From Ignavibacteriales bacterium (lineage in GTDB: Bacteria > Bacteroidota > Ignavibacteria > Ignavibacteriales > Ignavibacteriaceae), in assembly GCA_038214015.1 (NCBI GenBank), contig JBBQSH010000001.1, positions 1,407 through 65,406 on the forward strand: a stretch of DNA of 64,000 nt, given 5' to 3'. The position numbers and the translations under genes were made by a program. How positions within the stretch are numbered: the stretch's first letter is position 1; every line of letters begins with the position of its first letter. The notes beneath the pieces were generated by a model. It was not told the origin of the DNA. It worked only from the letters and a program-made list of their open reading frames with translations, and made no database searches. Below are positions 8,886-18,148 of this stretch, piece by piece.

Positions 8886-11066
8886 ATGCACCAATTTAAG
8901 GATTTGAATCCGGCACAGCTTGCAGCAGTTGAGTATCTGGATGGACCTCAAATGATAGTGGCTGGCGCGGGTTCCGGTAAAACTAAAGTTCTCACCTACA
9001 AAATAGCATACTTACTCAAGAAAAATTTTGCTCCTGAATCTATTCTTGCGCTGACTTTTACAAATAAAGCAGCCAATGAAATGAAGGAGAGAGTTAGGGA
9101 ATTGATTGGTAAGAAAGCTGATGATCTCTGGATGGGAACGTTTCATTCTGTTTTTGCCAAGATACTTCGCACTGAAGCAAAACATATTAATTATAAAAGT
9201 AACTTTTCAATATATGATACAATAGACTCAACCTCTCTTGTTTCTAATATTATGACTGACCTGAATATTGACCTGGAAAATCTATCCACAAATTCAGTTA
9301 GACATCGAATCAGTTTTCTTAAAAATCATATGATTACTCCAAAAGTATATAGAAGTAAGCATGTGGGCTCATTTCTTGAAGAAAAGATTGCAGATGTTTA
9401 TGTAGAGTATCAGAAAAGATTGATTGAGTTTAATGCTATGGATTTTGATGATCTGCTGCTTAAACCTATCGAACTTTTTAATGATAAGAAACATATTTTA
9501 ACAAAGTACAAATCTCGATTTGAATTCTTACTTGTTGATGAATTCCAGGATACTAACAAAGCTCAGTATGAGTTATTAAAATTACTAGTATCAAGAAGCG
9601 GATTGATTTCTGTTGTCGGAGATGATGCTCAAAGTATATATAGCTGGCGTGGAGCAAACATCGGCAACATGAGAGATTTTGGAAAAGATTTTCCGAAGTT
9701 CCAGCTTTTCAAGCTTGAACAGAATTACAGATCAACTAAAATGATTCTGAAAGCTGCTGATTCCGTTATTAAGAATAATAAAGATCAGGTTGCAAAAACT
9801 CTTTGGACTGAGAATGAAGAAGGCGAGCCAGTAATGCTGCTTAAGTGTGCTGATGAAAAAGATGAAGCATCACAAATTTCCAAGTATATAAAACACGAGC
9901 TGACTAAAAAGAAATTAGTCTTTAATGATTTTGCGATTTTATATCGAACAAACTCACAATCCCGAGCAATGGAAGATATTTTTCGAAGGGAAAAAATTCC
10001 ATATACAATTATCGGTGGACTTGAGTTTTACAAAAGAAAAGAAGTTAAAGATGTAGTTGCATATCTCCGTGTAATATCTAATCAGAACGATGAAGAAAGT
10101 TTGTTAAGAATAATGAATTTTCCGCAGCGTGGTATTGGCAGTACAACCGTTACACGAATGATTGCATTTGCAAGAAAACATGAGATCACTCTTTTTCAAA
10201 CAATGGGAAGAGTTTTTGAAGTAATAGATATTAAAGAGCGAATCCAAAAAAATGTAAAACAGTTCAAAACTCTGCTTGATAAGTATAGTGGGTTGAAGGA
10301 CAAACTTTCAGTTGGTGAGCTAACCAGGGCAATGGTTGATGACCTTGGATTGATTAGAATGTTTAAAGAAGAAGGTACTCAAGAAGCCTTACAGAGAATG
10401 GAAAACATTAGTCAGTTGTTAGCTTCGTTAAGTGAATTTTCTTCCGAAAATGCAGATGCTAAACTTGAGCAATATCTTGAAGAAGTTTCCTTAATTGCAG
10501 ATATCGATAACTACTCTGAAACAAAAAATTGTGTAACGCTTTTAACCGTCCATGCAAGTAAAGGATTGGAATGGCCAATTGTATTTGTTAGTGGGTGTGA
10601 AGAGGATATTTTTCCCATCGCAAGTAAGTATTTATCTGATGCTTCAGTAGATGAAGAAAGAAGATTATTTTATGTTGCTCTAACCCGTGCAAAGAAAAAA
10701 GCATACGTTACCCATGCGCGTTCAAGATACCGCTTTGGTGAAGTTGCGTATCAAAGCCGATCAAGGTTTATTGATGAACTTGATCCTACGGCTTATAAAG
10801 AAATGAATGGCGGACTTGGACGAAAGGCGAATCGTAAAACCAAAAAAGAAATGTATTATGAATATTTTGAAAAAGTTGAATACGAAAGTTTTGATCAGGA
10901 TGGAGCTGCTTTAAGGATAGGAAGCCGCGTAATGCATGATAAATTTGGTCTAGGAAAAGTTGTAGATGTTGTTGGAAATGGTGACCAGACTAAAGCAACT
11001 GTTCACTTTGAGGGAAATAATGTAAAACAATTAATGCTTAAGTTTGCTAAACTTAAAGTGCTTTAA
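8886..11066 (+). CDS. pcrA: ATP-dependent DNA helicase, UvrD/PcrA/Rep family
   Basis: Walker A AGAGSGKT, LTFTNKAANEM, VDEFQDTN, the VHASKGLEWP / ALTRAK motifs, and a C-terminal Tudor-like tail. Confidence 0.9.
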   Translation: MHQFKDLNPAQLAAVEYLDGPQMIVAGAGSGKTKVLTYKIAYLLKKNFAPESILALTFTNKAANEMKERVRELIGKKADDLWMGTFHSVFAKILRTEAKHINYKSNFSIYDTIDSTSLVSNIMTDLNIDLENLSTNSVRHRISFLKNHMITPKVYRSKHVGSFLEEKIADVYVEYQKRLIEFNAMDFDDLLLKPIELFNDKKHILTKYKSRFEFLLVDEFQDTNKAQYELLKLLVSRSGLISVVGDDAQSIYSWRGANIGNMRDFGKDFPKFQLFKLEQNYRSTKMILKAADSVIKNNKDQVAKTLWTENEEGEPVMLLKCADEKDEASQISKYIKHELTKKKLVFNDFAILYRTNSQSRAMEDIFRREKIPYTIIGGLEFYKRKEVKDVVAYLRVISNQNDEESLLRIMNFPQRGIGSTTVTRMIAFARKHEITLFQTMGRVFEVIDIKERIQKNVKQFKTLLDKYSGLKDKLSVGELTRAMVDDLGLIRMFKEEGTQEALQRMENISQLLASLSEFSSENADAKLEQYLEEVSLIADIDNYSETKNCVTLLTVHASKGLEWPIVFVSGCEEDIFPIASKYLSDASVDEERRLFYVALTRAKKKAYVTHARSRYRFGEVAYQSRSRFIDELDPTAYKEMNGGLGRKANRKTKKEMYYEYFEKVEYESFDQDGAALRIGSRVMHDKFGLGKVVDVVGNGDQTKATVHFEGNNVKQLMLKFAKLKVL

Positions 11067-11117
11067 AATTAATATTTTAATGTAATCGTATATTTTATAT
11101 TTAGGAGTTTTAATCAA

Positions 11118-12479
11118 ATGTCTATTGCACCTAAAAATTTAGCAATTTTAGTTGGCGGAGGACCAGCCCCCGGAATTAATAGCGTTATCGGTGCAGCCAC
11201 AATTCGTGCTGCGGTTGAAGGGGTTGATATAATCGGAATCAGGGATGGTTTTAAGTGGATAATGCAAGGAGATATTACTCATATTAAAGAGTTAAATATT
11301 CAAAATGTAAGTCGTATTCACTTTCGAGGTGGCTCCTATATTGGTATATCAAGAGCAAATCCAACCAAAGACCCTAAGCATTTAGAAAACACAGTTACAT
11401 CTTTACTTAGATTAAATGTTGATAAACTTATTACTATCGGCGGTGACGATACAGCGTTTAGTGCTTTAAAAGTTAATGAGATGGCTGCCGGAAAGATAAA
11501 AGTAGTTCATGTTCCTAAAACAATTGATAACGATCTAGATCTTCCTCATGGTATTCCTACTTTTGGATTTCAAACTGCACGTCACATTGGTGTTGAGGTT
11601 GTAAAAAATCTTATGGTAGATGCGCAAACAACATCTCGCTGGTATTTTGTTATTTCGATGGGTAGAAAAGCAGGACACCTTGCACTTGGAATTGGTAAGG
11701 CTACTGGCGCAACACTTACTCTAATACCAGAAGAGTTTACTAATAAGAAAATTAAGTTTAGTCATATTGTAGATATTCTTGTCGGTGCGATTATTAAAAG
11801 ATTAAGTTACGGCAAGCCTGATGGTGTTGCAATTATTGCTGAAGGCTTGGTTGAGCATTTAGATCCGACTGACCTTGAATCTTTAGTTGAGGTGGAAAGA
11901 GACGCCCACGATAATATTAGAATTGCGGAAATAAATTTTGGTGAAATACTTAAATCCAAAGTACAGGAAAGACTTAAACAGTTTGGATTAAAATCTACGG
12001 TGGTTGCTAAAAACATTGGATATGAATTACGCTGTGCGGATCCGATTCCATTCGATATGGAATACACAAGAGATTTAGGTTTTTCTGCAGCACAATTTAT
12101 TCTTGATGGCGGAAGCGGGGCAATGGTTTCTATTCAAAATGCAAAATTTGTTCCTATGTACTTTAAGGATATTATTGATCCATTAACGCTAAAGACAAGA
12201 GTTAGAATGGTTGATCCTGCATCAGAAAGTTTTTACATTGCAAGAAGATACATGTTGCGATTAAATCAGGCTGATTTTGAGGATCCGCATGAACTTGCAA
12301 AACTTGCCGCTACTGCAGGTATATCAATTGATGAATTCCAAAAACAATTTGGGTATCTGATTGAAAATGATTTGTTGTATCAGTTTATTAGAGATGGAAA
12401 ATTTGCAATAGCATCATCGGAATCTAATCTTGCACATAGAATGCAGGCAGAAAATGGAAAAAATGATGATGATGAATAG
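11118..12479 (+). CDS. 6-phosphofructokinase, long form with a PPi-type signature
   Basis: GGGPAPGIN, IGGDDT (Asp where ATP-dependent enzymes have Gly) and PKTIDNDL (Lys signature). 453 aa. Confidence 0.8.
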   Translation: MSIAPKNLAILVGGGPAPGINSVIGAATIRAAVEGVDIIGIRDGFKWIMQGDITHIKELNIQNVSRIHFRGGSYIGISRANPTKDPKHLENTVTSLLRLNVDKLITIGGDDTAFSALKVNEMAAGKIKVVHVPKTIDNDLDLPHGIPTFGFQTARHIGVEVVKNLMVDAQTTSRWYFVISMGRKAGHLALGIGKATGATLTLIPEEFTNKKIKFSHIVDILVGAIIKRLSYGKPDGVAIIAEGLVEHLDPTDLESLVEVERDAHDNIRIAEINFGEILKSKVQERLKQFGLKSTVVAKNIGYELRCADPIPFDMEYTRDLGFSAAQFILDGGSGAMVSIQNAKFVPMYFKDIIDPLTLKTRVRMVDPASESFYIARRYMLRLNQADFEDPHELAKLAATAGISIDEFQKQFGYLIENDLLYQFIRDGKFAIASSESNLAHRMQAENGKNDDDE

Positions 12480-12509
12480 GATTTAGAACAAAATTTTTAA
12501 TTAGTAAAA

Positions 12510-12535
12510 CCCGAGTTCTCACTCGGGTTTTTTTA
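12510..12535. terminator. bidirectional Rho-independent terminator between convergent genes
   Basis: CCCGAG-TTCTCA-CTCGGG is followed by T8 on the plus strand and preceded by an A-run (a T-run on the minus strand). Confidence 0.8.
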
Positions 12536-12646
12536 TTATTTTTTTTGCTGTGTTTTAAAAACTTTATAGAAAGAAATTACTACTAATGAAATAATAATTG
12601 TCCAAGCAAGTGCTAAAAAAATTATACCGTTTGTTGTAAGTCCCAT
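12536..12646 (-). CDS. 36-aa single-TM protein, probable MetS-like small subunit of the NSS transporter
   Basis: My own translation gives MGLTTNGIIFLALAWTIIISLVVISFYKVFKTQQKK*. The ATG lies 2 nt after the transporter stop and the stop abuts the terminator. It is below the ORF-track size cutoff. Confidence 0.55.
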   Translation of the reverse strand: MGLTTNGIIFLALAWTIIISLVVISFYKVFKTQQKK

Positions 12647-12648
12647 TA

Positions 12649-14208
12649 TTAAACCTCGCTATGATTATTTTCCCAGGCTTTTTTTACCATCAGCATCAAA
12701 ATTACTGCAATGGCAGCCATCAAAATTCTTGCACCCCAAATGTAAGGTACATTTTCCGGAACAGCGTTTTGTAACAGCAGAGTAGGTATTGCGCTTTGTA
12801 TAAACCACCAAATCATTAACACCATCAGAATAACCGGTGTAATATATTTCATAACGTAATAAAAGAACATCGGTATTTGTATATCACCACCCTGATTCAT
12901 TTCTTTCCAGGCTTTATCTGCACCAAAAACCCACATGAATAAAATAGTCTCTATCAAAGCGAATACAACAAGACCAAAAGTACCAGCCCAATAATCCATC
13001 TCATCTAAAAATCCATACTTTAAAAAGAATATTACAAATTGAACTGCGATCAAAACTGCAATTGCTAATGCCGTTACTGCTTTTTTTCTATCCATTCCAA
13101 ATTCATCTTCTAAAAACGCTACAACAGGTTGTCCCATTGCAACCGAAGAAGTTATTCCTGCAAAAAACAGAAGTAAAAACCACATAAACCCAAACACTTC
13201 TCCCATTGGAAAATGAGAACTGCCAAAAATTATTGGCATTGATACGAATCCAAGATTAAAAGCTCCACCTTGTGCAATTTCTTTCGTTGCATCTAATCCA
13301 AAAAAAGCCACTGCAACAGGAATTGCGATTGAGGCACCAAGTACAACTTCTGCAAATTCGTTTGTTGATGCTGTTGCTAATCCTGATAACACAATATCAT
13401 CATTTGGTTTTAGATAACTTGCATATGCGTGTATTGTTCCCATACCAACAGATAGAGTAAAAAATATCTGTCCTGCAGCAGCAAGCCAGATGTTTGGATT
13501 ACCGAGTGCAGAGAAATCAGGATTCCAGATGAAGGCAAATCCATTTGCAACGGAGTTTTCAGGAAAAGCAGGGTCAGGTGTGCCAAGAGTAAAAATTCTT
13601 ATGGCAAGAATAATTGCGAAGATGAATAACAGCGGCATAGCGATCTTTGCAAGTTTTTCTATACCTTTTGAAATCCCTTTATACAGCACTGCAAAATTTA
13701 TTGAAAATGTTAATAGCATTAATAAGTATGCAGGCCAGATAGAGGTGAATGTTTGTGATGTTGTAATTCCTTGATAGCTGGAAAGAAAACCAGTCATTGT
13801 CTCTTTGGTTTCGTTTGAGTACAACCCAAGAATTGAGAAAATACTAAAACCAAGAGTCCAGGATTCTATGTATGTATAGTAAATAAGGATTGTAATAGAG
13901 ATAAATAATCCAAGAGCACCAAAATATTTTGCAAGTTTATTTTTCCAGAGTACATCAAACATTCCTGGCGCGCTGCCGTGTCTAAATTTTCCGCCATGTC
14001 TTCCAATTCCCCATTCAATCCACATGAGTGGAATACCAAGGAGTAAGAAAAAAATGAAATACGGTATCATAAAAGCACCACCGCCATTTTGGGCTGCCTG
14101 AACCGGGAATCTTAGAAAATTTCCCAATCCAACAGCATTACCAGCTACGGCTAAAATCAAACCTATTTTGGTTCCCCACTGCTCACGTTCGCCGTTTAGA
14201 GCCATCAA
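12649..14208 (-). CDS. sodium-dependent transporter, NSS/SNF family
   Basis: GLGNFLRFP signature, about 12 TM segments, 519 aa. Confidence 0.9.
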   Translation of the reverse strand: MMALNGEREQWGTKIGLILAVAGNAVGLGNFLRFPVQAAQNGGGAFMIPYFIFFLLLGIPLMWIEWGIGRHGGKFRHGSAPGMFDVLWKNKLAKYFGALGLFISITILIYYTYIESWTLGFSIFSILGLYSNETKETMTGFLSSYQGITTSQTFTSIWPAYLLMLLTFSINFAVLYKGISKGIEKLAKIAMPLLFIFAIILAIRIFTLGTPDPAFPENSVANGFAFIWNPDFSALGNPNIWLAAAGQIFFTLSVGMGTIHAYASYLKPNDDIVLSGLATASTNEFAEVVLGASIAIPVAVAFFGLDATKEIAQGGAFNLGFVSMPIIFGSSHFPMGEVFGFMWFLLLFFAGITSSVAMGQPVVAFLEDEFGMDRKKAVTALAIAVLIAVQFVIFFLKYGFLDEMDYWAGTFGLVVFALIETILFMWVFGADKAWKEMNQGGDIQIPMFFYYVMKYITPVILMVLMIWWFIQSAIPTLLLQNAVPENVPYIWGARILMAAIAVILMLMVKKAWENNHSEV

Positions 14209-14371
14209 ACCTCCTGGAAATTAAGGAAATTCTAAAAATCAAGTGTGAATATGAAAACTTTGAAGGTTAATATCAAATAAATTTGAAAGGATAAATTGGT
14301 GCTCTAAATCAAACTTCTTAAAACAGTTAAAAAAACATTACAATCATTTTTATTCTTTAGTTAGTAATTAG

Positions 14372-14379
14372 TAAATTTG
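14372..14379 (+). promoter_or_regulatory. candidate -7 promoter element TAnnTTTG
   Basis: TAAATTTG lies 25 nt upstream of the ATG at 14405. Confidence 0.3.
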
Positions 14380-14404
14380 GATGGTTAAATAAATAGGATA
14401 TGCA

Positions 14405-15040
14405 ATGGCAAAAAAGTTCGTTTCCAATAAAGATGAAACTGTAAGAATGTTTAAGAATGATTTTATGGAATCACTATCAAGAGTACATCCTTCAGTTCCA
14501 CTGATAATATTTGTTCCAGTTATAATGTATATGTTATACTTATCAATTTTTGATTTTAAAATTGGTGTTTTTTCCATAATAGGATTGATAGTATTCGGAT
14601 TGTTCATCTGGACAATTACAGAATATTTACTTCACAGATTTATCTTTCACCTTGAGTTAAAAAGTAAAATAGGTGCAAGGATACATTTTATTTTTCACGG
14701 TGTTCATCACGATTATCCAAGTGATTCCAGAAGATTGGTTATGCCTCCGTCTGTAAGTATTCCACTTGCTACATTATTTTATTTCTTATTTAGTTTTTTA
14801 ATTGGTGATGTTTCCGTACTTCCTTTCTTTGCTGGTTTTTTAATTGGATATCTTTTTTATGATATATCACATTATGCTATTCATCATTTTAATATGCACA
14901 GTAAGTTTTGGTTAGCAATTAAGAATCATCATATCAAACATCATTACCAGGATCCTGATAATGGATACGGAGTTAGTTCTCCTATTTGGGATTATGTTTT
15001 TAGAACACATTATCCAATTAAAGAAGAACAAAAAGCTTAA
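14405..15040 (+). CDS. fatty acid hydroxylase / sterol desaturase superfamily membrane protein
   Basis: Histidine boxes HRFIFH, HGVHHDYP, HYAIHH and HHIKHH, with TM helices. Confidence 0.75.
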   Translation: MAKKFVSNKDETVRMFKNDFMESLSRVHPSVPLIIFVPVIMYMLYLSIFDFKIGVFSIIGLIVFGLFIWTITEYLLHRFIFHLELKSKIGARIHFIFHGVHHDYPSDSRRLVMPPSVSIPLATLFYFLFSFLIGDVSVLPFFAGFLIGYLFYDISHYAIHHFNMHSKFWLAIKNHHIKHHYQDPDNGYGVSSPIWDYVFRTHYPIKEEQKA

Positions 15041-15096
15041 AATTATATTTTTAGTTTGGCAATTAGCAGGAGATTACAATTATTAAAAACGGATTT

Positions 15097-16737
15097 GTGA
15101 AGTTTTACTACCTTGTTTTCTTTCTGATTTCACAAATAATGTTTGTTAATTGCCATACTTCTCTCTCCAATGATATTTTTATCCGAACAAATCAAATTGG
15201 TTTCTTTCCCGATGATTTAAAAACTGCTGTAATACTTTCAAAAACCAATTTACAGGGTAAGCCATTTTATATCTTAGAAAACAATTCTAGTGAAATAAAA
15301 TTTGAAGGCAGTGTAGCAGATTCTCCATCAGTTTATGGGAATTTTAATTTTTGTTATGAAATTGATTTTTCAAGTCTAAACACCACAGGCACATACAAAA
15401 TAAAATTGGCGGATACCGAATCTTATCAATTTCAGATTGGTAATTTAATCTTTAATAATGTAAGAGATTCACTCAGCCTTTTTTTTAAAGCACAACGCTG
15501 CGGACCAACAAATCCAATATTGCACCAGCCTTGTCATCTTTCGGACGCCGCCAAAATTATTGGTTATAAAGATTCAACTGCTCGAGATTTAACCGGCGGC
15601 TGGCATGATGCGGGTGATTATGTTAAGTTTTTAAAAACTACTGCTTATACAACATATCTATTATTATTTAGTTATGAATTTGATTCCCAAAAATTTGGAT
15701 ATGATTTAGATAAAAATGATGTTCCCGATATTTTAGAAGAAGCAAAAGTTGGGCTTGATTGGTTATTAAGATGTAATGTGGATGATCATACATTAGTCTC
15801 TCAAGTGCAAAATGAATCCGATCATGACATCGGATGGCGATTACCTGAAAATGATAGTCTGCAATTTGATCGCCCGGCTTTTGTTAGCATAGGAAAAAAT
15901 ACAATTGGTATTTATAGCGCAGCACTTGCCTTGGCATCTAGAATCTGGAAGGAGAAATTTTATGATGAAAATTTTGCAGCCATCTGTCTAAAAACATCTG
16001 AAAGATTTTATTCTCTCAGGAATAATGTACAGAATATTGATACAACATTTTCAAATCATTATCCTGAAAAAGATTTTAATGGAAGATTAGCTCTCGCATC
16101 TGTAGAACTTTATAACAGCACTAATTCTGAAAAATATCTTGAAGAAGCATTTGAATATGGCAATAAAGCCGGATCAGATTTCTGGTGGAGTGTTGGGGAT
16201 ATCAACTCTTTATCTCACTATAAAATTGCACTTCACAATTCTGATTTTACAAAATACATTTATCAAAATCTTAAGCACTCTAAAAAAACAAGTGATATAT
16301 CTTTTCTGCGTGAAGGATTACAGTATTCCTGGGGTACAACAAACTCTTTTCTGGGAGTAAGTTTGCAAACAATTCTTTACAAAAAACTGACTGGTTCCGA
16401 AGAGTTCGATTCATTAAATATTTATCAACGGGATTATGTCTTAGGCAGAAATCCGTGGGGTATAAGTTTTATTTACAATATCGGAACAAAATTTTCTAAA
16501 AACCTACATTCACAAGTAGCATTTTTTAATAGTGGATATTTACCAGGTGCCCTTACTGCAGGACCTGCACCTTCCAATCTTTTGGAAAAATATAAAATAC
16601 AGAGACAGAATACTGACGATGATTTTAATTCTCATTTAATAAAGTATTTTGATGATAGAATGGATTATATCACTAACGAACCAACAATTGTAGGAAACGC
16701 CACCGCGCTTTTTGTTTTCGGAGTATTAAGTAATTAA
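15097..16737 (+). CDS. secreted glycoside hydrolase family 9 endoglucanase with an N-terminal Ig-like domain
   Basis: GGWHDAGDYVKF catalytic signature, C-terminal NEPTIVGNA, an N-terminal signal peptide and a CelD_N-like module. Confidence 0.88.
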   Translation: MKFYYLVFFLISQIMFVNCHTSLSNDIFIRTNQIGFFPDDLKTAVILSKTNLQGKPFYILENNSSEIKFEGSVADSPSVYGNFNFCYEIDFSSLNTTGTYKIKLADTESYQFQIGNLIFNNVRDSLSLFFKAQRCGPTNPILHQPCHLSDAAKIIGYKDSTARDLTGGWHDAGDYVKFLKTTAYTTYLLLFSYEFDSQKFGYDLDKNDVPDILEEAKVGLDWLLRCNVDDHTLVSQVQNESDHDIGWRLPENDSLQFDRPAFVSIGKNTIGIYSAALALASRIWKEKFYDENFAAICLKTSERFYSLRNNVQNIDTTFSNHYPEKDFNGRLALASVELYNSTNSEKYLEEAFEYGNKAGSDFWWSVGDINSLSHYKIALHNSDFTKYIYQNLKHSKKTSDISFLREGLQYSWGTTNSFLGVSLQTILYKKLTGSEEFDSLNIYQRDYVLGRNPWGISFIYNIGTKFSKNLHSQVAFFNSGYLPGALTAGPAPSNLLEKYKIQRQNTDDDFNSHLIKYFDDRMDYITNEPTIVGNATALFVFGVLSN

Positions 16738-16927
16738 TATAACATTCTGGAATTTTTCACGTTGATAACCGTTGAAATTGTCAAAAATTAAGCTTGTTGC
16801 ATAATAATACAACTAAATAATTTTGTCTCTGTTTAGTCCAAAAAAATATCTTTTTTATCCATTTTTTAAGCCTAAACCAACCAAACTAACGGTATAATTA
16901 TTGGTAAAATTGTAAAAAAATTAAACT

Positions 16928-18133
16928 ATGAAAAAAAGCGTTCAATTATTCCGTTCCGGTATTCCAATCGTTGATAACGCTTGGGGAGGATTTTATCACG
17001 GCGGAACATATTTATTAGTTGGTGAAAAAAAATCCGGCAAAACTTTATTAAGTCTTCAATATGCTGTAGAGGCTGCAAAGAATAAACAAGTTTGTCTTTA
17101 CTTCACAAACTCTCGCCCTAAAGATTTGATAATTCACGCAGCATCCATTGATATCGATCTTGAAAATTACATTAATCAAAATACAATTATTGTTGTACGT
17201 GTTGCACGACCAACAGAAACCACTGAATTTAAAAGCAGGGATGAATTTTTAAGTGATTACCTCCATGATATTATATCTGTAATCAATCAGTATAATCCGA
17301 CAAGAATAATATTTGACGAATTGACACCGTATGTGGAGTATGAAAATCTTAATAGTCTTAGAGAATCATACGGTTCGATGATTGAATCAATTGAAGATTT
17401 AGGTATTACAAGTCTATTTATTTTAAGGGAACCTGCGGCTCAATCTTCTAAAATGATTTTTAATGTTTTGAATTCATTTGCAACAGGTATAATTCAGCTT
17501 CATAAAGCCGAAGATAGTGAAGAACAGCAGCCTGGCATAATTGATATCACTCCAAATATCGGGCATACCGAAGGAAAATTTAAAGCAAATTATTTTATAG
17601 AACCTTACAAAGGTATTACCACAGATTTTAAGAGTACCAAACGATCAACCAGAGAAAATATCTTACCGGAAATAACAGAATTGATACCAACCAAGACAGG
17701 CGGTTCAAATTCTCCGGAATATTTAGTCCCAAACATTTATAGCATTAATGATTTTAAACTTATTATCAATAATCAGATCGCATTGTATAAAACTACAGGA
17801 CAAATGTTTACAATTTTGTCACTCAGCCTTAATTTAACGAGTCCATCACTACCACGAATCTCACTTGAACAATTAAGCTATTCTGTAAAATCAGTTGCTC
17901 ATAAGAAAGATAAAATCTGCACAATCGAGGATAAAATTTATATTCTTATAACTAAATCTGATGATAAATTAATTGATGATTTCATTTCAAAAGTTCACCG
18001 AACATTAAGCAGCAACGGATCAACTAATGTATCTTATTTAATGTTAAAAGTAAATGACTCTATGAATAGTGCTGATGATGTCTTCAAAGAATTTGAAAGT
18101 GAAATTGCCAGAATTCAATTAAATCAGAGATAG
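16928..18133 (+). CDS. KaiC/RecA-superfamily ATPase with a C-terminal domain of uncertain type (possibly degenerate GGDEF-like)
   Basis: SGIPIVDNAWGGFYHGGTYLLVGEKKSGKT (Walker A) and RIIFDELT (Walker B). The C-terminal ~135 aa have no canonical motif. Confidence 0.7.
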   Translation: MKKSVQLFRSGIPIVDNAWGGFYHGGTYLLVGEKKSGKTLLSLQYAVEAAKNKQVCLYFTNSRPKDLIIHAASIDIDLENYINQNTIIVVRVARPTETTEFKSRDEFLSDYLHDIISVINQYNPTRIIFDELTPYVEYENLNSLRESYGSMIESIEDLGITSLFILREPAAQSSKMIFNVLNSFATGIIQLHKAEDSEEQQPGIIDITPNIGHTEGKFKANYFIEPYKGITTDFKSTKRSTRENILPEITELIPTKTGGSNSPEYLVPNIYSINDFKLIINNQIALYKTTGQMFTILSLSLNLTSPSLPRISLEQLSYSVKSVAHKKDKICTIEDKIYILITKSDDKLIDDFISKVHRTLSSNGSTNVSYLMLKVNDSMNSADDVFKEFESEIARIQLNQR

Positions 18134-18148
18134 AATTGACTATAGAAG

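Noticed and set aside
15051-15070. Sigma-54 promoter-like TGGCA...GC upstream of the GH9 gene (and a similar one at about 5372-5386)
   Set aside because: The GG-to-GC spacing is about 6 nt rather than the required 10 nt.
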